Below are positions 9,201 through 16,888 of a DNA stretch of 64,000 bases, in pieces. The translations under genes were made by a program, and so were the position numbers. Location: positions 2,036 to 66,035 of the IMG/VR virus record IMGVR_UViG_3300015203_000007. The stretch is one strand, 5' to 3'. The first letter of the stretch is position 1. Each line of letters begins with the position of its first letter. This stretch comes from a virus. The notes below the pieces were generated by a model. That model was not told the origin of the DNA. It saw only the letters and a program-made list of their open reading frames with translations, and did not search any database.

Positions 9201-10060
9201 CTTACTCCTACTAGGTCGGGATTCTTAGACCAGAACAACGCTCCGTTGTCATAGTCTCTCTCACCTTCATGTGTCTTTGGGAAGTAGTCACGGTGTGGCA
9301 GTCCGCAGGAAACATTTTCATCATCCCACCACACGTAGCCATACTTCTCATGCTGAGAGTATTGTCTGTTGCGCCACACGTCGAAAGCGAACTGTGTATT
9401 TTCCCACTGAGTGCCAACATCGTAGTCTTCGTCGAAACGAACTCCGCTGTTGATGATCGCATATGGCATCGCTGCATAGTTCACTTCCCATGCGTGCTGC
9501 GACACCTGTCCTCTCTTGAATCCCCACATCACGCGCGGTTCCATGATCCACGGTTCCGGCGGGGGCTTGTTGTCTACTCCCTGTGGGAAGATAGACCACT
9601 CAGGATTCGGTGGATTCTTGAGCGGTGCGGGGCCTGTGCTCATGTGTGACGTACCCGTGTGCAAAGCAAAGGGGTGGTCATCAATCTGCGCCAGAAAGCG
9701 TGCTACGCCATCCTCAGGCATCCAAATGAAGTCCTGCAAGAAGATGAGTACATCGACTTGCAAATCCTGTGCTAGATCGAGCGCCCAGTTGTCACATGCT
9801 GCGAGATTGCCCTTGTTGCCCTCCTTGATAGGAAGATGACCAATGATGATCTCGGGGCCATAGTCCTTCCCGTAGATAGGCATGTTCATCGAAGACAGCT
9901 TTGAAAGACGCTGCGGCATGCTGGCATAGATCAGATAGTCACGATTAAGCTGATCGGCTACTAGCCAATAGTCAACCGGGACAGTCTGCCGCAACACCGA
10001 ATGCGCCGACACGGAGATTCCGGGGTGGCGAGTCGGTGTATATACCGCTACGCGCGTCAC
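9197..10060 (-). CDS. GT2-like glycosyltransferase
   Basis: GTG start at 10060 in GTGA overlap; AVYTPTR, LAACDNWAL, LIFLQD, FDEDYD.G..WEN. Confidence 0.65.
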   Translation of the reverse strand: MTRVAVYTPTRHPGISVSAHSVLRQTVPVDYWLVADQLNRDYLIYASMPQRLSKLSSMNMPIYGKDYGPEIIIGHLPIKEGNKGNLAACDNWALDLAQDLQVDVLIFLQDFIWMPEDGVARFLAQIDDHPFALHTGTSHMSTGPAPLKNPPNPEWSIFPQGVDNKPPPEPWIMEPRVMWGFKRGQVSQHAWEVNYAAMPYAIINSGVRFDEDYDVGTQWENTQFAFDVWRNRQYSQHEKYGYVWWDDENVSCGLPHRDYFPKTHEGERDYDNGALFWSKNPDLVGVR

Positions 10061-10257
10061 TTCTTGAAGACCGCCACGCCGATACCGACGATGACGAGAA
10101 TGACGATAAACGCTGCGAACGGGATCCACAGCGGTGCCAGCACCCATAGCCACGACCAGTGAATGACACCGGTCAGCTTGAGCGCGATGAAGAGGACTGC
10201 GAGAAGAGTCGTGAAACCTGGCCCCACTGTCACGCTCGTCTCCTTGCTACCGGTCAT
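10057..10257 (-). CDS. small two-TM phage membrane protein
   Basis: LAVLFIALKLTGVIHWSWLWVLAPLW, a motif common in phage membrane proteins. Confidence 0.75.
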   Translation of the reverse strand: MTGSKETSVTVGPGFTTLLAVLFIALKLTGVIHWSWLWVLAPLWIPFAAFIVILVIVGIGVAVFKK

Positions 10258-12569
10258 ACTCTCTCCTTGACGGGCTTATTGGATGTGCGGGTCAATCCTA
10301 GCATATCCCGCCACTGATCGTAGCGGTGATCCCAGGTGAACTGCGAAGCGAACTCACGCCCGCGTTCGCGAAGAGTTGGATCGTAGTTTTCTGTGGCGAG
10401 CTTGAGTCTGTCGATGTACGCGCGCTGTCCGCTCGGGTGCCCCATCTGACGTGGAGATCCCTTGAGATTGAACACAACTTCGGGAAGTGCCCCTACGGGG
10501 TTGACCACCGGGATCACACCATTCATCTGCATCTCTAGGGCAGTGATGCAGAACGTCTCTAGGAAATTAGTCGGATAGAGCCATGCGTCACACGTCGTCT
10601 CTACCTTCTGTAGTTCCGGACGCGCCACACGATTGTGCCACTCTACTCCTAGGTGCTTGACAGCTTCGTACTGTTCTACGATTCCTGCCTTCATGTGTGC
10701 TAGCGGATGCTGTCCTCCACTCAATGCCACGATTCTGTCGAGCGCGTTCCATCCGTAGTAGACGTGAAGCTCTGCCTCAGGAATCTCATTCTTGATCGTC
10801 TCCCACATGGAGAGAAGAGTGTCAATTCCACGGTCAGGGCTAGAGGCGTAGATGAACTTTCCCTTCTGACGTTCTCCCCACTCGGGATAGTCAGCTAGGT
10901 TGATGCCATTCCCAATGACAGTGATCTTCTCTGGCTTGACACCGTAGATCCGCTGTTCGTGAACGGAATGGAAATCCGTCAGGCAGATAACGTGATCGGG
11001 CTTATCGAAGCGATTACCCCACGGCGACATTGCGATCTCCGGGCCACCCATGTTGATGTCATGGAGCCATAGAACTGTGGCAGTGCGTGCCTTGATCGGA
11101 GTGTCGAATACTTCGGGGGCGCGTACCGACGTGACGATGCCGAACTCTTCGTTCGGATCCCAGTCAGAAGAATCCCACCACTCGATTCCTTCGTCATCGA
11201 CCCCACGCTCATCTCCGGGAGTACCGAAGATCGCCGTGCGATAGCCGTCAGCCTTGAACCGACGTGCGATCTCATGGATGCACCACTCTGTTCCGCCGGA
11301 TCCCTCTGCGAGCGTCTTAGCGTTCCACGGCTCGAAGAGTGGGCGCGACATAAACGCGATGCTGCGCTGTGGGCGCTTGTGCTTGAGCTTCTTGCGGTCA
11401 GCGTCAGCCGTCTTGCTGTTGACGCGATCTCTGCGCTCATGCATCTCAGCCATGCGCTCACGGAGCTTCGGGTTATCCCAGTAGGCGAGCGCCTTATCGT
11501 AGTCAAGCTGCGCGCCGACGTAGTTGCCTAGCTCTGTTCTCGCGAGCGCACGTAGCGCGTACGGCGTGTAGTGCAGAGTCAGCGGTTCGCTGATCTGGTT
11601 CGTCTTTGGTTCCTGGCAGATTTCGATAGAGATGGAAGCAAACTCATCACACGCCTCGAACTCGCGCATTCCCAACATGGAGTGAGTTGCTAGCGCCCAC
11701 GACTCGGGCCATCTCGGACGGATCTTGATTCCCTGCATGGCGACATCTAGCGCCTTCGGGTACTCGCCCAGCATGCGGTAAGCGTCACCGATGCGATGAT
11801 TCGCGATGTAAGCGTCATCGCTGGTCGGATTCAGACGACCGAATGCGCCGTACATCTTGATCGCCTCACGGAAGAACGTGACACAATCCGAATCTCCCTG
11901 TTCCCAGAGGTAGTACGCCTCAGCGAAAGTCTCATTCGCGTGATAGTAGTGATACCTCGGCTCATCGGGATCTGCGGCAATGGCCGCTGCGAGAATGCGA
12001 CGGTTGCGCTCTCTGGTAGCACGATGCGTAAAGGGGTCAACGTCTCGATGATGCAGGACTAGCACATCATCGTAGTTGACAACATTGCTACCCGGACGTG
12101 TGTGGCAGATTTCGTGGATGCGATAGTACCATCTCCACGGCACCTTCGTACTCAGTACGCGCTCTCTCCACTGAGTAACACGGGGTGTTCCGTCCTTCTC
12201 GTCACTGGCGTAGATGTACGGAAGGAAAATCTGGTGCATGCCCTCTCTGTCGGCACGATCCAGCATCTTGTGAAACTTGTTGGCGTCACCGACAAGTGTG
12301 TCATCGGTGTCAAGCCACATCCACCAATCGTAGTCCTCCATAGAGAACATCGACAAGGCGTTGTTTCTGGCCTTCGAGAAGTTGTCTTCCCACGGATGAT
12401 GTGCGACCGTCATATTGTCCTGTAGACGGTAAGGGAAGTCCTTCTGCTTGCCATTGTAGGACACGTAGATGTGGTCTGCTACGTCGATCACGGATCGAAG
12501 TAGTGCATCCCAGTCCTCTGGCTTCTGACCGTCCCCCACGATGAGGGACAGGGCTACGCGGTGCTTCAA
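10254..12569 (-). CDS. multidomain glycosyltransferase: GT2 + TPR + GT4
   Basis: TTG start after AAGGAG; WEDNFSKARN, WLDTDD, WYYRIHE (GT2); helical TPR region (RYHYYHANE, ALDVAMQGIKIRPRWPE); YASSPDRG, FLETFCITALE.Q..G (GT4). Confidence 0.85.
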   Translation of the reverse strand: MKHRVALSLIVGDGQKPEDWDALLRSVIDVADHIYVSYNGKQKDFPYRLQDNMTVAHHPWEDNFSKARNNALSMFSMEDYDWWMWLDTDDTLVGDANKFHKMLDRADREGMHQIFLPYIYASDEKDGTPRVTQWRERVLSTKVPWRWYYRIHEICHTRPGSNVVNYDDVLVLHHRDVDPFTHRATRERNRRILAAAIAADPDEPRYHYYHANETFAEAYYLWEQGDSDCVTFFREAIKMYGAFGRLNPTSDDAYIANHRIGDAYRMLGEYPKALDVAMQGIKIRPRWPESWALATHSMLGMREFEACDEFASISIEICQEPKTNQISEPLTLHYTPYALRALARTELGNYVGAQLDYDKALAYWDNPKLRERMAEMHERRDRVNSKTADADRKKLKHKRPQRSIAFMSRPLFEPWNAKTLAEGSGGTEWCIHEIARRFKADGYRTAIFGTPGDERGVDDEGIEWWDSSDWDPNEEFGIVTSVRAPEVFDTPIKARTATVLWLHDINMGGPEIAMSPWGNRFDKPDHVICLTDFHSVHEQRIYGVKPEKITVIGNGINLADYPEWGERQKGKFIYASSPDRGIDTLLSMWETIKNEIPEAELHVYYGWNALDRIVALSGGQHPLAHMKAGIVEQYEAVKHLGVEWHNRVARPELQKVETTCDAWLYPTNFLETFCITALEMQMNGVIPVVNPVGALPEVVFNLKGSPRQMGHPSGQRAYIDRLKLATENYDPTLRERGREFASQFTWDHRYDQWRDMLGLTRTSNKPVKERV

Positions 12570-12616
12570 GAGCACTCCTTTCGCATCGACTGTGCGAAGC
12601 GTATCACACTGGTAGG

Positions 12617-12704
12617 CGGATGCTGTGGGAATCGAACCCACGGGGGCTTTCTAGTTCCCCAGCCGCTTTCTAGGCGGTGTCCTCGTCCGTGCCGGTCAAC
12701 ATCC
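12617..12704 (-). tRNA. tRNA-Ser(AGA), class II, no encoded CCA
   Basis: Acceptor GGATGTT/AGCATCC, G73, anticodon arm CCGC-CTAGAAA-GCGG, long variable arm GGGG..CCCC, T arm GTGGG-TTCGATT-CCCAC. Confidence 0.8.
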
Positions 12705-13091
12705 GAGAATGCCAAAAACCAACCGGGCTGCTCGAAGACTCGGGGATCTTCGTCCAGAATCTAGTCACCGGATTGGTTTTGGGTTTTGAGGCACCTATGC
12801 GCCGTGCCTCCCTGCGCGTGTAGTCCGGTTTCTTGTTTACCGGAGAATCAGGATGTAACTACAATATTTTTCATAATATGTAGGCCCTGACTACCAAGCG
12901 TCTGCTGCTAACAGTGCCGATTTCTCGACAAGATCCGTCCGCGCCCGCTAAGACTCGGCTGCCGTATCCTCCCTCGCCGGTTGGCCCTGGTCAGATAAAG
13001 CTTTTCGATCCCCGGTTGTACCCGTGCCCGTTACACAAAGGCTTTTACGGGTGTCTACAGAGTCTCGGCACCGTCGTGCTCCGACTCCATA
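12705..13091 (-). ncRNA. candidate large structured non-coding RNA (~385 nt), family unknown
   Basis: No credible ORF; at least 8 helices visible, including a 10-bp long-range stem; own promoter at 13097-13124. Confidence 0.6.
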
Positions 13092-13096
13092 TCTGG

Positions 13097-13124
13097 AAGA
13101 TAGCAGACTTCTAGGGCTTGTCAA
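13097..13124 (-). promoter_or_regulatory. sigma70/SigA-type promoter, extended -10
   Basis: TTGACA-N16-TATCTT with TG at -15/-14; near copy of the promoter at 54942. Confidence 0.75.
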
Positions 13125-13347
13125 GGAATCCGCTCGGAACTTCTCCGAGGATCCTCTTGGCGAGTCCTTCGATTGCGTCCGGCGCAACCGAATGGAGATC
13201 GTGCGCTACGTCTGCGGTGGGATCATCGACCCACCCCTTCTTGGCCGTCCAGACCTGAACCGGCTTGAATGCGGCCTTGCGGTAGATGTCTCCTACGCCG
13301 TAGTAGTAGCTGAAACCCTTACCTGGTGCGAACATATCAGTCGCCAT
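13111..13347 (-). CDS. small hypothetical protein directly downstream of the multi-enzyme effector
   Basis: 78-aa ORF, TAATG overlap with the 877-aa gene stop. Confidence 0.6.
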   Translation of the reverse strand: MATDMFAPGKGFSYYYGVGDIYRKAAFKPVQVWTAKKGWVDDPTADVAHDLHSVAPDAIEGLAKRILGEVPSGFLDKP

Positions 13348-15980
13348 TACTTGCCCTTCTCTGCTGGAACGATTGTGACTGGAACCTTAGAGAACCCATG
13401 CTTCTTGGCTGCCGCATGAGTAGCGTTCCCATCAATCACATCATACCTACCGTCATCACGCTTTGCAACCTTGAGCGGTGCACGCTTCTCGATCTTTCCT
13501 GCTGCGGCATCGCGCATACGCTTCTCGGCGGCAGGAACCCTAGTGCGAACCTCATCATCGGGCTTCGTGGACTTGAGATCGCGCACGTTCACCATCTTGG
13601 ACTTGGAATCCGTCTTGAAGTAGTCGGAAGGCTTATCGGGAAGCTGATCGAAGCCCACGATCTTCTCCCAGACGCCGTTGTACAGCGCCTTCATCTTGGC
13701 GTCGAGAGCTTCGACCTTGTCTTCGTCTTCCTTTGTCGGCCCACCGGGCTTACGCTCCATCGAACGCTGTTCTTCGTACATGGCGTGACCCTGGCCGTTC
13801 TTCGCTAGGAACATCTCATTCCAGTTGAACTGTAGCTCGATCTGGAATCCTGTGTCCGTCTCAAGGCGAATCGCGAGATCACGGTATCCAGCCTTTGTTG
13901 CCCCTCCCACTCCGGGACGGCGCTTGTCTTCGTAGAGCTTGGATTCCATCTCAGTGATGTTCCATCCACGCTCTTCGGCGTGCTTCATCACGCTTCGTAG
14001 CGCGTCAGCGATATTCGCAGGATGTGGCACTAGAACTGTGGCACGTACCAAGTCAGTGATCTTCGACCAGTCACCATTGTTCTTGTCAGAAGACACCTTC
14101 TCGAATGCAGCGTCATATGTCTTGTTGGGAGCAATGACAATGTGATTGTCATTCTTGTGCGAAGCGACGTACTCCATTGCTGCCTTGAATCCAACCTTGG
14201 AACTCTCAGCGGAAGACACGTCATGCACCTTTGCGCCAATGTCCTGCTCTACGCCGACACCCATATCCAGTAGGAACTTGAAACCGTGCAGCGCGTGATT
14301 CGCCATCTCGAATAGCTCGTCATCGTCCTTTGTCGGCTGTAGCGCCTTATCGACTAGTCCCGCCATCTGCGCTTCGGTCAGAGAGTCTTCGATGTCGTCC
14401 TGTAGCTTGCCCTCGAATGCCTTGACCTGATCGTCATGGGAAAGCGCATCCTGCTTCTCGTTAATCAGACCACGGCCGAACTGCTTCATCCACTCGACGC
14501 GATCCTTTAGCGCCTGCCGGACGTTCTCTCTCAGCGCAAGGTCTTCGTAGGGAGCCTGGTCTACCAAGTGGTCAATGGCGTCAGGGGTAAGACGCTTGGC
14601 GATCTTCGTAGCCTGCTCACGCTTCTGTAGCGGAGTCACGATCATCTTGCCCTTGGCCTGGCCTCCACCTTCCATCATCGACCAGACTTCGCCGGGAGTA
14701 GACCCGAAAGGCTTCGTAGCGCCCTGCGCACGGAAAGACAGCGTTCCACCCTGGTCTAGACGCATCGGCCCCTTGTCAGTCCAAAGGATGTTGTCATCTG
14801 TCAGTCCAATGACATCCCAATTGGCTAGGAGGGCATCGACCATGAAATTCTTTCCAAGCGTTTCGCTCGGCTTGATCTTGTTGATCGTTCCGTCTGCGGC
14901 AGGGTATGTGAGAGCGGTGCGTCCCTGGTGCTCAATCGAACCCGCGCGTGGAACTGGAACGTCCATCGCTCGATAAATGGCGTTCGCTAGTAGCTCTGTG
15001 GCAACACGATCCTCATTGCCATTGTAGTGCTTGAGTAGCCATCTCTCGTCAGGATGTGGAGAGTAGTCACTGAGGATGCCCTTGTCGCGACCACGGTTCA
15101 ATAGCTTGTGTGCTTCGTTCGGTGGCACAAGCTTGAATCCCCACGTCTCCGGGTTGGATACTGGGCCATCGTTTCCCGTGCGATCAGCGATGTACATTCG
15201 CGTGGTAGTAGTGTCACCATCGTAGTCACCTAGATATCCGGCGATCTTGCCCTTCAATCCCGTCTCTTCGTAAAGCTCGCGATGCGCGGCCTGCTGTAGA
15301 GACTCGCCGGGATCCTTGTGTCCCTTGGCGAAGGTGTGCTCGTATCCACCAAAGTGATTCGATGGCTCACGTAGCCAAATACGACCGTCAGGCTCACGTA
15401 GCAACATCCCGGCAGACTCGATTCCCTTGCTGTCAGGCTCGTTCACGTTTACGTCAGGCGGAAGCGCATATGGCGCTAGGGGTGCGTGACCCATCTCGGC
15501 CAGAATGCTGTTCGCTCTCTGCTCGGCGGCGTCATGCGTATCGAACTCACCGATCACCTTCTGCTTTTCGTACGTTCCTGCGCTGTTGTCGATGAGCTTG
15601 TGGACGTGATCCTTCTTGTCTTCCTTGATGAGCAAGTGACCGCGCTTAGACCCACCCCAGGTGTGTTCCCAATCGTGCTGAATAGAATGCGGAATCGGCT
15701 TTCCGCCCTTACCAAAAGCCTCTGTCTTCGTGCTAGTTGGTTCCATGTGCAGAGGATGTGCAGAAGGTGTCGCCCACTTAGCGCCATTCGATCCTCCTGC
15801 CGGTGCGCCGATCTTGAGCTTCTTGTTGAAATACTTCGGCATCTTGAACATCGAACCGAAATGTCCGTGGAAGCCGCGCTTGTGCTTTGCCTCGAAAGCC
15901 GGATTCTTGATCTCATGCTGAATGTAGGCAAGGTTGATCCGATAGCCGCGCTCTGTCTCTGTCAGGATTAGATTGTCCAC
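13347..15980 (-). CDS. polyvalent protein: Nudix + atypical kinase-like + RelA/SpoT alarmone synthetase + ParB/Srx-like
   Basis: Perfect Nudix box GHKDPGESLQQAAHRELYEETGL; kinase-like LLKHY..E, NWD..G...DNIL, RLDQGG; RelA/SpoT EK..DLVRAT..GYRD..ELQ..GH..YE; C-terminal VIDGNATHAA. Confidence 0.75.
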   Translation of the reverse strand: MDNLILTETERGYRINLAYIQHEIKNPAFEAKHKRGFHGHFGSMFKMPKYFNKKLKIGAPAGGSNGAKWATPSAHPLHMEPTSTKTEAFGKGGKPIPHSIQHDWEHTWGGSKRGHLLIKEDKKDHVHKLIDNSAGTYEKQKVIGEFDTHDAAEQRANSILAEMGHAPLAPYALPPDVNVNEPDSKGIESAGMLLREPDGRIWLREPSNHFGGYEHTFAKGHKDPGESLQQAAHRELYEETGLKGKIAGYLGDYDGDTTTTRMYIADRTGNDGPVSNPETWGFKLVPPNEAHKLLNRGRDKGILSDYSPHPDERWLLKHYNGNEDRVATELLANAIYRAMDVPVPRAGSIEHQGRTALTYPAADGTINKIKPSETLGKNFMVDALLANWDVIGLTDDNILWTDKGPMRLDQGGTLSFRAQGATKPFGSTPGEVWSMMEGGGQAKGKMIVTPLQKREQATKIAKRLTPDAIDHLVDQAPYEDLALRENVRQALKDRVEWMKQFGRGLINEKQDALSHDDQVKAFEGKLQDDIEDSLTEAQMAGLVDKALQPTKDDDELFEMANHALHGFKFLLDMGVGVEQDIGAKVHDVSSAESSKVGFKAAMEYVASHKNDNHIVIAPNKTYDAAFEKVSSDKNNGDWSKITDLVRATVLVPHPANIADALRSVMKHAEERGWNITEMESKLYEDKRRPGVGGATKAGYRDLAIRLETDTGFQIELQFNWNEMFLAKNGQGHAMYEEQRSMERKPGGPTKEDEDKVEALDAKMKALYNGVWEKIVGFDQLPDKPSDYFKTDSKSKMVNVRDLKSTKPDDEVRTRVPAAEKRMRDAAAGKIEKRAPLKVAKRDDGRYDVIDGNATHAAAKKHGFSKVPVTIVPAEKGK

Positions 15981-16888
15981 GTAGCGAACGCCTTAGCTCT
16001 GTTGGGATACACGTCGGCGTACTTGATTCCGCCCTTGAGAATCCCACCGTGACGGACAGACTTCATCCACCATGCTAGGGCTTCTACGAAATCCGCCTCT
16101 GGGCCTCGACCGTTAGCGAAATAGCTCATCTCTGGGCCACCGACTAGGAACTCTGGGCCAATGAGAGCACTGAGAGACGCATTGTTCTTCTTCTGATACT
16201 TCATAGCGAACTGCTGACCGGCGGACTGATCTGCCTTCTGTGCGGCTTCGTAGGTCTTCGTGCTGGTCGGAAGAAGAGCACGCGCCACCACAACATCGAA
16301 AATCTGCTCGTTCAGCTTCGCTCCTGTGGTTCCCACGTTCCAGAAAGTTACCTCTCCGTCATTGGAAGTCACGATGGTAGGATCATCCGTCTCGTCTTCG
16401 GGATTCGGCCCCTGGCTCAACGTCACTGTAACGTCTTCTCCGGCCTTTTCAGGTAGAGGGGATAGGAGATATGCCAATCGTGCCGCAACTGTGGTAGGAG
16501 GCGTCTGAGATCCCTCTACATGAACGATGGCACCATTGATCGTAGTCGTGAAATCATCACCGTCCTGTTCCCACTTCAATGCTCCGGCAGTCTTCATGGC
16601 TGTACGCTGCACTGCGGGATTTTCCGGCGTCTCTTCACCGAACCGCTTTGGAGCATCGGGAGTTAGAGACGGTGGAGCATCGGGAGATGCGCCACGAAGC
16701 TGATCTGTCGGCACTGGCCCGTTGTAAACTGCACGCGCCATGAACTGCTGCAAGTCGATGTCCTTCGGAAAGGTCATCCCGTAAACAACCGCGACAATAT
16801 CAAGGCATGCCTTCCAGCGTACCTTATCATCATCACTTCTTACGAATAGCGGGAACACTGTTCCCAGTGGGTTTACATTGGCGTCCAT
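15968..16888 (-). CDS. hypothetical protein with C-terminal zincin/lethal-factor-like remnant
   Basis: SYFA...PEADFVEA...YP.R pattern resembles the MPTase C-terminus, but no HExxH is present. Confidence 0.45.
   Translation of the reverse strand: MDANVNPLGTVFPLFVRSDDDKVRWKACLDIVAVVYGMTFPKDIDLQQFMARAVYNGPVPTDQLRGASPDAPPSLTPDAPKRFGEETPENPAVQRTAMKTAGALKWEQDGDDFTTTINGAIVHVEGSQTPPTTVAARLAYLLSPLPEKAGEDVTVTLSQGPNPEDETDDPTIVTSNDGEVTFWNVGTTGAKLNEQIFDVVVARALLPTSTKTYEAAQKADQSAGQQFAMKYQKKNNASLSALIGPEFLVGGPEMSYFANGRGPEADFVEALAWWMKSVRHGGILKGGIKYADVYPNRAKAFATWTI

Noticed and set aside
12661-12680. Reading the lone tRNA as an amber suppressor (CTA) and hence stop-codon recoding
   Set aside because: The only good stem is CCGC/GCGG with loop CT-AGA-AA; CTA would lack U33. 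Genes end normally at TAG and are not fragmented
12705-13091. RNase P RNA, SRP RNA, group I intron or tmRNA MLD piece as the identity of the large ncRNA
   Set aside because: No GAGGAAAGUCC/CR-V, no SRP helix-8 motif, GACTA/TAGTC in the wrong order for P7, and no complementarity to the mini-tmRNA loop; the A-L-L-A-A peptide in it does not end at a stop
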